The position numbers and the translations under genes are program-made. Under the pieces are notes generated by a model that had not been told where the DNA came from, ran no database searches, and was given only the letters and a program-made list of their open reading frames with translations. Shown here one piece after another: positions 9,076-17,876 of a stretch of DNA of 64,000 nucleotides; the stretch's first letter is position 1; each line of letters opens with the position of its first letter. The stretch lies in the NCBI GenBank assembly GCA_043826565.1, contig JBDRPX010000030.1, forward strand, positions 21,660 through 85,659. The letters run 5' to 3'. The stretch comes from Candidatus Omnitrophota bacterium (GTDB lineage: Bacteria; Omnitrophota; Gorgyraeia; B26-G9).

Positions 9076-10797
9076 TTAATATCCCAGGTTGCGGACATTT
9101 TCAGAATATTTTAAAGCTAATTCCGTTTCTCCTCTTGATTCATATAACTTAGCCAAATCATAATGCGCCAATACATACTCCGGCTTAGCGGCAATTGCGC
9201 TTTTAAATGCTTCGATGGCTTTTTCTTCTTCCTCCCGGGACATAAAAAGCATCCCCAATTTATGATACACCGACGGATTCCGCGGACTAAGTGCCAACGC
9301 TTTTTTCAGCATTTGCTCCGCCGCGGGAAAATCCTGCTGATTCAGATAAAAAACACCCATATTATAATAAGCTCCGGCATAGCCGGATTTCTTATCAACC
9401 GCGCTCTTAAATGACGCAATCGCCTGTTTATCCTGGCCTAAGGCTAAATAAATCAGTCCCAGATTATTATAAGCATCCGCGGAATCCGGGGAAATACTGA
9501 GAACTTTTTTCAATGTCCGCATAGCCTGCGCATACTCACCGGCATCCTGATAAGCAGTGCCTAAATTCACCAGCAGTTCTGTATTTTCCGGTTCATATTG
9601 TAATGAATGTTTATAAAAAGTAATCGGATCACTCCAGCAATTAACCTGCTTAATCGCTAAAAAAGCATATACAATAAGTAAAACAATTCCCCCGCTAAGG
9701 CGAATTCTCTTATCAAGCATTGTGGTATCTTTCCTGACTATATTATTCGCGATAACCAGGAAAAAACCGATTGACGGAAGATATAAATAATTTTCCGACA
9801 TATAAAACGCGATCGGATAGATATTTGAAAACGGCAGTAATGTAATAAAAAACCATAGTATCGCAAATGAATGCAGAGGATTAGATTTTAACTTTTTAAA
9901 CGCGTAATAAAAAGCTGCGGTAACAAACATAAAACCGGTAATTACCTGCGGGTCAAAAAATGAGAATATTTTTTGCCCGTATCCCATATGCAGCTGAATG
10001 GGTAAAATAAAAATACGCAGATAATTAGTTACCGCGGCAAAGAATCCGGGAATTCTCTCCCCCAGGCCGTGCATTGCCGAAACTACCGGCTTTTCCGCGG
10101 CTAAAACAAATATTCTCATCATTAAATATCCGGCAAGCACCAGCCCGGCCGGAATAACCGGACGAAGATTCCACTTTCCCTTTAAATAATAATATATGCA
10201 CGGCAGTAAAAAAATCAGGACTATCGTATTTTCTTTTGCCAGAATGGCAAATAAGTAAGTTATTACCATTGCCCCGGTCCAAAAAACAGATTTACCCCGC
10301 AAACTTTTAATATAAACGATTAGGCTAAGAAGCATAAAAAAGCCTCCTAAAAGATTTCCCCGGCCGGAAATATAGGCCACGGATTCAACCTGTACCGGAT
10401 GCACAATAAACAAAATACTTGTCCAGAAAGCAATTGTCTTACTGCCAAAAAGCAAATAAAGAAATCCAAATAAAGCCAGGCCGGTGAGAATATGCAGAAT
10501 AATATTGGTAAGATGATATCCCGCGGGATTTAATTTCCATAAGGTGTAATCAGCGAGAAAGCTCAAGATGGAGAGGGGGCGATAAAAGATCGACCCCTTA
10601 CCACTGCCGATCCCGATATTTTCCGTTAATATGCGCGGGATATTCTGCCAGCTTTTGATATAGGTATTATTCTCGACCAAAGAATGATCATCCCAGATAA
10701 AAGCGCCTCCGCAGGCATTCTGATAAATAATCAATCCTGCGGCAATGATCAGAAAAACATATAAGAGTATTTTTCCCTTTTTTTTATCAGCGATCAT
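9076..10797 (-). CDS. TMTC-like membrane glycosyltransferase (GT-C fold) with C-terminal TPRs
   Basis: FIWDD, FYRPL, YHLTNIILH, HPVQVESVAYISGR, KEN, ENYLYLPS motifs, multiple TM helices, TPR repeats. Confidence 0.88.
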   Translation of the reverse strand: MIADKKKGKILLYVFLIIAAGLIIYQNACGGAFIWDDHSLVENNTYIKSWQNIPRILTENIGIGSGKGSIFYRPLSILSFLADYTLWKLNPAGYHLTNIILHILTGLALFGFLYLLFGSKTIAFWTSILFIVHPVQVESVAYISGRGNLLGGFFMLLSLIVYIKSLRGKSVFWTGAMVITYLFAILAKENTIVLIFLLPCIYYYLKGKWNLRPVIPAGLVLAGYLMMRIFVLAAEKPVVSAMHGLGERIPGFFAAVTNYLRIFILPIQLHMGYGQKIFSFFDPQVITGFMFVTAAFYYAFKKLKSNPLHSFAILWFFITLLPFSNIYPIAFYMSENYLYLPSIGFFLVIANNIVRKDTTMLDKRIRLSGGIVLLIVYAFLAIKQVNCWSDPITFYKHSLQYEPENTELLVNLGTAYQDAGEYAQAMRTLKKVLSISPDSADAYNNLGLIYLALGQDKQAIASFKSAVDKKSGYAGAYYNMGVFYLNQQDFPAAEQMLKKALALSPRNPSVYHKLGMLFMSREEEEKAIEAFKSAIAAKPEYVLAHYDLAKLYESRGETELALKYSENVRNLGY

Positions 10798-10800
10798 GAC

Positions 10801-12246
10801 TTAATCAATCACATCCACATTCTTTTTATTCATACCCAACACGGATAATGCCGCCTTGGTTTTTTTAAATAATTCATGCGCGGAACGGATCTTTACGGCC
10901 CGGGATAATACATACCCGGGACGCAGATAAAATCCCCGGTAAAATTTCACCAGCAGCCCGAATAATTCCTCACGCTTAAAATTTTCTTCCCATACCGGAA
11001 GTTTAAATCCGGGGCGCGGCTCCCGGGAAAATTCCTGCCAAAGGTCTGTTTTAATAATACCCTGCTTTAGCCCCTGCGCATAGAACTCTGTGCCCGGATA
11101 AGGAGAAAATATGGTAAAATGCGCGTATGCCGGACGTACTGCTTTAGCCAGATTAAAAGAATCCTGAATATCCGCTAAAGTTTCCGAAGGTAATCCGATC
11201 ATAAAATAAGCCAGAGTATCTATGCCGGCCTGCCGGGTGAGATTGAATGTTTCTTTTACTTTTTCAATCGTAAAACCTTTTTTTATTACTTCCAGCATCC
11301 GGTTATTACCGGCTTCGATCCCGTAATGTATGCCCACACACCCGGCTGTTTTTAAAGCCTTGAGCATTTTTTTCTCAACCATATCCACCCGGGTCCGGAT
11401 ATCCCAGCGGATCTTTAACTTCCGGCGGATGATCTCCTCGCATATCTCAAACACACGTTTCTTATCCACGGTAAAAGTATCATCATAAAACAAAAAATCA
11501 CAAATCCCCATTTCCACACATTCGGCAAGCTCATCAACTACATTTTTCGCGCTGCGCGTCCGAAACACCGAAGTTACCGGAGAAAGCGGACGGTCACAGA
11601 AAGCGCAGTGAAACGGACACCCCCGGCTGCTGATAAATGTTGTCGAAAGCCGGCGCCTACTCAATAAAGAACCGTACTGATTCTTATCCACCATCTCCCG
11701 CGCCGGGAACGTGATCGTATCAATATTTTGTATCGGAGCAAAATCATTTTGCACCACTTTTCCCTGCTGATCTTTATACATCAACCCGGGAATTGTTGGG
11801 TAATTTTCCGGATTATTTATGTTCTCTAAAAAAGTAATAAAAGACTCTTCAGCCTCTCCTTTTAAAACAAAATCCACACCCTTAAGATTAATCGTCTCCT
11901 GAGGATATAAATGAACATGAGTTCCGCCTAAAACAACTTTAGCCTGCGGCAGGTTTTTTTTGACCATGGCAACTGTTTTAAAAACATCGATCAGGGTAAA
12001 AGTCATTGCCGTAATTCCCACAACATCATAAGAATCTTTCCCAAGATACGTTTGCAATTGTTCATATGTCCAGTTAAGCGGCTGGGTATCCAGGATTTTC
12101 ACTTCGAATTTATTATATTTTTTAATTGCCGCGGCCAGATAAAGCAAACCCAGCGGTAAATTATAACCCCGGTGTTTTTCTATAATCGCCGGGTTTTTAC
12201 CGATCAGTTCATTCGCTCGGGGAGGATTGATCAGAAGAATTTTCAT
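10801..12246 (-). CDS. Cobalamin-binding radical SAM protein (class B methyltransferase-like)
   Basis: PLGLLYLAA B12 domain; SRGCPFHCAFC; YDDTF; GIEAG. Confidence 0.92.
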   Translation of the reverse strand: MKILLINPPRANELIGKNPAIIEKHRGYNLPLGLLYLAAAIKKYNKFEVKILDTQPLNWTYEQLQTYLGKDSYDVVGITAMTFTLIDVFKTVAMVKKNLPQAKVVLGGTHVHLYPQETINLKGVDFVLKGEAEESFITFLENINNPENYPTIPGLMYKDQQGKVVQNDFAPIQNIDTITFPAREMVDKNQYGSLLSRRRLSTTFISSRGCPFHCAFCDRPLSPVTSVFRTRSAKNVVDELAECVEMGICDFLFYDDTFTVDKKRVFEICEEIIRRKLKIRWDIRTRVDMVEKKMLKALKTAGCVGIHYGIEAGNNRMLEVIKKGFTIEKVKETFNLTRQAGIDTLAYFMIGLPSETLADIQDSFNLAKAVRPAYAHFTIFSPYPGTEFYAQGLKQGIIKTDLWQEFSREPRPGFKLPVWEENFKREELFGLLVKFYRGFYLRPGYVLSRAVKIRSAHELFKKTKAALSVLGMNKKNVDVID

Positions 12247-12305
12247 TTTTTAACACATTTCCCAAAATATGGCTGTTACAAAATGCCCCAATACCAACTT
12301 TTGCT

Positions 12306-12338
12306 TCTCTGTAATCTTGTTTAATCTATGTAATCAGG
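12306..12338. repeat. AATC-periodic intergenic repeat, copy 3
   Basis: TCTGTAATC-TTGTTTAATC-TATGTAATC-AGG. Confidence 0.55.
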
Positions 12339-12486
12339 CGCAGTTGCTATTATGCAACAGCGCCATAATTACTCTATCATACCACCTTAAAAAGGTAAAG
12401 AATAAAGGCATCTACTTCCGTCTGTCTTAATTCTGTTAACTGTTTAAAGTATAAAGTGTAATGTAAAAAATATTTGTTATATATAG

Positions 12487-12633
12487 TAAATAGATATGGC
12501 AAAAATTCTCTTTGAGCGGCGCTTTCGAGCGTAATCCGCCCATGGATGGGCGAGATAGTGAGAACGCGCGGCCGCCAGGCACGATGCCGCAGCGGGCTTA
12601 GCTCAGATACGTGTTTTTGCCATTAGCTATTTA
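12487..12633. repeat. Structured palindromic element (MITE-like or ncRNA), copy 1
   Basis: Terminal IR TAAATAG..ATGGCAAAAA/TTTTTGCCAT..CTATTTA, nested hairpins, clear homology with 22116 and 59580. Confidence 0.85.
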
Positions 12634-12704
12634 TCCCCCTGAAACTACCACGCCCAGAAGATGTTACATCCTGTAACTCGGCCTGGTCATTTCGTCCTGA
12701 AACG

Positions 12705-12739
12705 AAAACTCCCTCTGCAATTAGATTACAGAGGGAGTT
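12705..12739 (-). terminator. Probable intrinsic terminator downstream of the TraF-like gene
   Basis: AACTCCCTCTG/CAGAGGGAGTT stem with short T-tail on the minus strand. Confidence 0.6.
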
Positions 12740-12809
12740 AAGAAACATTATTCAATTATCCGCCACAAAACATTGGCGGTTAATCTTCGACGCAGAATCT
12801 GCGTCTCAA

Positions 12810-14297
12810 TTAAAACGCCATGCTTAACTGAGCCGTAACCCGGGTTTCTTCCGGAATACTATCTCCGTCAAAGTCGCTGGAGTCAGCAGACATTGCACCG
12901 GCAAGCTCAAGCCTTACCCACGGCATGTTTACTCCTAAACCGGCAGTATAAACCCAGCCGATATCACTTTCTTCGGTATTCTTGTACATTCCCGCGCGTA
13001 AGGAAAGAATTCGGATAAGCATCCATTCCGCGCCAAACGCGATATTTTTTGTATCATAACCGGGTAATGCGGTTTCGTTTTTCGTAATATCGTAATCACA
13101 TTCTAAAGTCATACCATTCCACGGCATAAACGCCACCCCGGCAGTAACAGCAGGGTCTAAACTAACATCCTTAAACACGGTTCCGCCGACCGTCGGCCCG
13201 TCAAACTCAGGACTGTTTAAATTACGCCCGACAATACCCAAATTGAATTTTCCTAATTTGGCCATTGCGCCTAAGTCCACGCCGAAAGTTGTGGTTTCTT
13301 TATAATTATTATCCGCTTCCGATACGATATCACCGGAATCTTTCTTAAAAACTACCAGCTGAGTACCATATACTCTGCCCTTCATTACTTTCAGGTTTCC
13401 GCCGATAGATATATTCTCATTTAAAGCACGGCCGTAAGAAATCGGGATCTCATACATGCCAAACCCTTCTAAGGTAGCGCTGGTAGTATTATTTTCAATA
13501 CCTCCGGTAGTTCCGGTTGTTGCCGCTGCCACACTACCTAAAAGATCTACTGCCTGCTGAAGTTCCGCAGTTCCGGTACTGATACCTGCTTGTCTGGCTG
13601 CATAGTCAAGCTTCTGAATTGAACCTCCTGCACCTGCCGTAAAGCCAGCAGCTAACAACTGAGCTTGTTGCGCAGGAGTAAAAAGAGAAGTTAACCCGTC
13701 ATCTCCGGTTAAAGTTACCGCGACAATGTCGGCATTTAAGGTCGCCATATTCACTTCCAGCCCCAAGTTGGTCGTATCAATAGCAGATACCCGCACACTT
13801 ACCTGCATCATTCCGCGGACACCAATAGCAAAATTATTTATGCGCACCGCAGTTCCGGCATTTCCGTCAAAAGTAATCGCGTTCCCGGAATCATCCAAAC
13901 GGCTGATAAATTCCGCGGCTTTGGTCAGATTCTGCAAATCCGCTTCATTCTGAATATCATTTGCTCCTAATTCCGTAATATCGATTTTTGATAAATCATC
14001 TAATAATTTCCCGAGATTTTCATGAATCCGATAACCTACCCCAACATTCGTATCCCAGGCAAAATTGCCCGGATCAGTATCTAATTCTCTTTGCTGGGCC
14101 ATAAACCCAAATGCCGCCGGATTATAATACTGCGCGGTGGTATCATTAACACATGCCACATTCGCTCCGGCCATACCCGCACCTCTTGCTCCGACAAGGA
14201 AATTATCTAAAGCAAAAACCTGGCTAGGAACCATTAACATCAAACATAATACAAAAGCCGCTGCCCCCGCAATCCTTACATCTATAAACTTTCTCAT
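12810..14297 (-). CDS. TraF-family/FadL-like outer-membrane beta-barrel protein
   Basis: Start moved to ATG 14297 (AGGAGG SD); signal peptide; GARGAGMAGA...YYNPA plug motif; alternating beta-strands; C-terminal Phe. Confidence 0.8.
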   Translation of the reverse strand: MRKFIDVRIAGAAAFVLCLMLMVPSQVFALDNFLVGARGAGMAGANVACVNDTTAQYYNPAAFGFMAQQRELDTDPGNFAWDTNVGVGYRIHENLGKLLDDLSKIDITELGANDIQNEADLQNLTKAAEFISRLDDSGNAITFDGNAGTAVRINNFAIGVRGMMQVSVRVSAIDTTNLGLEVNMATLNADIVAVTLTGDDGLTSLFTPAQQAQLLAAGFTAGAGGSIQKLDYAARQAGISTGTAELQQAVDLLGSVAAATTGTTGGIENNTTSATLEGFGMYEIPISYGRALNENISIGGNLKVMKGRVYGTQLVVFKKDSGDIVSEADNNYKETTTFGVDLGAMAKLGKFNLGIVGRNLNSPEFDGPTVGGTVFKDVSLDPAVTAGVAFMPWNGMTLECDYDITKNETALPGYDTKNIAFGAEWMLIRILSLRAGMYKNTEESDIGWVYTAGLGVNMPWVRLELAGAMSADSSDFDGDSIPEETRVTAQLSMAF

Positions 14298-14482
14298 TCC
14301 TATGTTCCTCCTTTCATTTATTAAAAACCTATTAATCATATATTCAACTATCCTGCCGCCTATAATTTTTTCTCTCTACCCGCCGGGATACTTCTGCGAA
14401 CTTGCCCACGGCGAGGTCTCGCCATTGTCCGCTTACAGCGGCTACTTGGCGGACTCGCTACTTGCTACTCTTTACTCAAATA

Positions 14483-14511
14483 ATAATACTTCTAATACAG
14501 ATTATTTTCAA
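14483..14511 (-). promoter_or_regulatory. Putative sigma70 promoter for the TraF-like gene
   Basis: TTGAAA-N17-TATTAT. Confidence 0.5.
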
Positions 14512-14520
14512 GCAAAACTT

Positions 14521-17500
14521 TTAGCTCACCGGGAAAGTAATCGTAAATTTTGTGCCTTGTCCTTCTTCGCTTTCCACGGAAATATCACCGTTATGGTTTT
14601 TTATGATCCGGTAAACAATGGATAATCCCAGGCCGATCCCTCCGTCAGGAGATTTTGTCGTAAAAAAAGGATTAAAAATATTATTTAAACTCTCCTGAGA
14701 AATACCACAGCCGGTATCACTGATCTTTATTTCCACATGTTTTTTATCAGCGGTTAAGGCCGTAGCCACACTTATATCTCCCCCTTCCGGGCACTCTAAG
14801 CTGTCGATAGCATCCCGCGCATTTGAAATAAGATTAACAAAAATCTGCTGCAGCTGGTTTTCATCGCCCTGGATATCCGGCAGGTTTTCGCTAAAATCCA
14901 GGTTTAACCGGATATTGCGCAGCTTAAGCTGCTGGCTGATTAATGATAATGAATCTTCCAATGGTTTATGAATACTGATTTTTTCCATTTTAAATTTGGA
15001 CTTCCGGGAGAAAAAACGGATCTCTTTAATGATCTTATCCATTCTATCAGCTTGTTCTAAAATTCTATTTATATCTTCCCGGAAAGGGCTGTTTTCCTCC
15101 AGATCCATCTGCATAGCCTGGGCAAATCCCTTAATCCCGGTAAGCGGCTGATTTAATTCATGCGAAATACCCGCGGCCATCTGCCCCATTGCCGCCATTT
15201 TCCCGGATTGAATAATCTGTTCCTGTGCTTCCTTTAACTGATTATAAGCCTCCCGAAGTTCCATTTCATTTTTCTTTCTTTCAGTAATGTTCCGCACACT
15301 GGACACAATATACTGTTTATTTTCAAACTCCACATATTTAACATTCGCTTCTATGGGGAAAATCGCTCCGTACTTGGTTTTGCTTCGGCCTTCTATCACA
15401 AACATACCCCGCGCTCTCACCTCTTCGACATGTTTTTCCCAACTTAATTCATCCGGAAAGATCGTTTCAATATCCATAACTCTCATAGCCAGCATTTCCT
15501 TGCGGGAATAGCCGTACAAATCACAGGCCCGGTCATTTAAATCAATAACTTCAGCAGTTTTCGGATCGACGATAAAAATCGCGTCATTGGATTGATCCAG
15601 TAAAGCGCGAAATACTTTCAGATCATTCTCTGACTGCTTACGCTGGGTAATGTCTCGGGCATATAAATTAACATATTCTTCTAATACCGGAGTTATATCA
15701 AATAAATAAACCTTATCACCGCAGACCAATTCTTCCGCGCAATCCTCTCCGGAAGAAAACACTTTGGCGATCAGATCAGTCCAAAAACCCGGGAGTTTTT
15801 TACCTACGGCAGATCCCCATATAGCAAGTAATATTTTTCCGGCGATATTAGAATAGAGCACTGTCCCGTGTTTGTCTATTCGCAATACCGGATTGGGGTT
15901 TTCCTCCGGGAACCTTGCCAAGTCCTTGATTTTTTCCTCTGCCATCTTGCGTTCGGTAATATCCTGAAAAATACCCCGGACTTTTACAACCCTACCGTCT
16001 GTTTCCACAACTTCGCCGATTGCCTGACACCACTTTAAATTTCCCTTTTTTGTTTCAAGCATTGCTTCAAATACCATCGGCTGTTTTGTCTCGATTAAAT
16101 CTTTCATTTTTTTCTTTATCATCTCGCGGTACTCAGGAAGATACCAGTCCACATGCTCATTTGCTCCGGGGATAGGCTCATCTTGCTCAATCTCGACGAT
16201 ATCATAAACCCCTTTAGTCCATACTGCTTTGCCGCCTTTTTCTAAATCCATTTCCCATCCGCCGATCCTGGCAATATCTCCGACTTTATTTAACAATCTC
16301 TCTCTTTCTTTTAAATCATCTTCTATTTTTCTTCTTTCGGTAATATCCTCATGCATCATTATTACATTACGAATTACCCTATTTTTATCCTTAGTTGAAT
16401 ACATATAAGAACGAATAATACGTTTTCTTCCTTTTATATTAGCTGATGAAGTTTTCTGAGGATCATATTCAAACGGCGGCAGAGAAATGGGTTCACCGGC
16501 AAAAGCTCTTTCAATATATGGCATAAACCCCAAACTTTCCACCTGGTCATCGCGAAGAATATTGTATTCTTCGTGTATTCTACTTAATTCTTCACGACTC
16601 ACTCCCCAAAGTTCTGCATAAGCATCATTAACCTGCAAAATCTGTCCCTCAGGGTTCATTATTTGAATAGCCACAGGAGACTGTTCCATAAAAGCACGAA
16701 AGCCTTCTTCGCTTTCCCGAAGCTCTTCTTCGGCTTGTTTACGTTCCGAGACATCCCTGATTACTCTAAGAATTCCCATCGCTTTTGCTTTATCATCAAA
16801 GATCAATGCCGCGGAAGTTTCGCCATAAAAAATACTTTTGTCTTTTCTTATATGCTTGTCCGTAATCTGTTTCATTTTCCCATCAGCCACTAAATTACGA
16901 AAACGCTCCTGCTCCATACCCCAGTCTTCCGGAGAAATAAGTTCCTTAAAAGAATGTCCAATCAATTCATTATCGCGATCATATCCATACAAATCCAAGG
17001 CTTGCGGAGAAAGAAAAGTTAATACTCCCTCCAGATCACTCATAACTATCGCGTCCGGTGAGGTATTTACCAGGGTACGATAAGTCACCTTTTTCTGGGC
17101 CAAAAGAACTGCCGACCTTTTTCTTATTAAAATATTGGCAAATAGTTCTCCAATACACCTAAATCTCGACAATAACTCTTTCGGCCATTCCCTGGCTTTA
17201 GTTATATCATTAATTGAGATCATCCCCAGAGCTGATCCGGCCACAGCCAGAGGGATAACCACAATACCCTTAAGGCCGTTTTTCTTAAATAATTTAAGTT
17301 CCGGCACTGCCGAATCCGGGATATTTTTGGGGTCATTAACCACAATAATTTCTTTTTGTTTTATTTTTTTGATTGTCCAGGAAAAATCTTTTAAGATTAC
17401 CGGCGGCGGATTAATATCGGGAGGAGCATAGTAATGGGTTGTTTCTAAAGAATTTTCGTCTTGAGAAGGAAACTGCGCCAGAGAAATTCGCTCAATTTGC

Positions 17501-17724
17501 AAACACTGCGCGATTTGTTCCAACGCGAAAGTTATTTCCTCGTCAAATCTTTCAACCGGAGCATTAATAAAATTTGTGGAAAGTTCATACAGAAGACTGT
17601 CCAGGGACACCAGCTGCGCCAGTTCAGTATCTGCCTGCAGGATTTTTTTCGCGCTTTGCGCGATTTTCTTTATCGAAGATACCGTTTTCCTTGCCGGCTT
17701 CCTCTTTTTTGTGTTTCTAGACAT
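14521..17724 (-). CDS. Cytoplasmic GAF/multi-PAS sensor histidine kinase (NtrB-like)
   Basis: GAF plus several PAS domains; H-box SHELNQPL, N-box NLISNARDA, DTGCGI, FNPFFTTK, GLGLS. Confidence 0.93.
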   Translation of the reverse strand: MSRNTKKRKPARKTVSSIKKIAQSAKKILQADTELAQLVSLDSLLYELSTNFINAPVERFDEEITFALEQIAQCLQIERISLAQFPSQDENSLETTHYYAPPDINPPPVILKDFSWTIKKIKQKEIIVVNDPKNIPDSAVPELKLFKKNGLKGIVVIPLAVAGSALGMISINDITKAREWPKELLSRFRCIGELFANILIRKRSAVLLAQKKVTYRTLVNTSPDAIVMSDLEGVLTFLSPQALDLYGYDRDNELIGHSFKELISPEDWGMEQERFRNLVADGKMKQITDKHIRKDKSIFYGETSAALIFDDKAKAMGILRVIRDVSERKQAEEELRESEEGFRAFMEQSPVAIQIMNPEGQILQVNDAYAELWGVSREELSRIHEEYNILRDDQVESLGFMPYIERAFAGEPISLPPFEYDPQKTSSANIKGRKRIIRSYMYSTKDKNRVIRNVIMMHEDITERRKIEDDLKERERLLNKVGDIARIGGWEMDLEKGGKAVWTKGVYDIVEIEQDEPIPGANEHVDWYLPEYREMIKKKMKDLIETKQPMVFEAMLETKKGNLKWCQAIGEVVETDGRVVKVRGIFQDITERKMAEEKIKDLARFPEENPNPVLRIDKHGTVLYSNIAGKILLAIWGSAVGKKLPGFWTDLIAKVFSSGEDCAEELVCGDKVYLFDITPVLEEYVNLYARDITQRKQSENDLKVFRALLDQSNDAIFIVDPKTAEVIDLNDRACDLYGYSRKEMLAMRVMDIETIFPDELSWEKHVEEVRARGMFVIEGRSKTKYGAIFPIEANVKYVEFENKQYIVSSVRNITERKKNEMELREAYNQLKEAQEQIIQSGKMAAMGQMAAGISHELNQPLTGIKGFAQAMQMDLEENSPFREDINRILEQADRMDKIIKEIRFFSRKSKFKMEKISIHKPLEDSLSLISQQLKLRNIRLNLDFSENLPDIQGDENQLQQIFVNLISNARDAIDSLECPEGGDISVATALTADKKHVEIKISDTGCGISQESLNNIFNPFFTTKSPDGGIGLGLSIVYRIIKNHNGDISVESEEGQGTKFTITFPVS

Positions 17725-17876
17725 ATCTGTCTCCTAACTAAACATCTATTTCACAAGTTCAATACTACTCCTAGAACTTCTAGTTTGCAACATAAAACAA
17801 ACTCTTAGAATATTTCCTTTTCCGCTCTATCCAGCTATCAGTATAACTTCAATATTTTTGTTTTCATCTTTCGTTT

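Noticed and set aside
12487-12633. Structured element as a cobalamin or SAM riboswitch (two copies precede B12-radical SAM genes)
   Set aside because: No B12-box (GGGAA, GCCACTG) or SAM-I core on either strand.
12636-12708. Hammerhead ribozyme (CTGA..GAAA-like words)
   Set aside because: The CUGAUGA core and three-stem junction are absent.
12810-14297. Conjugative element implied by the TraF-like gene
   Set aside because: No relaxase, T4SS, integrase or att sites in the window; this barrel family also occurs alone on chromosomes.
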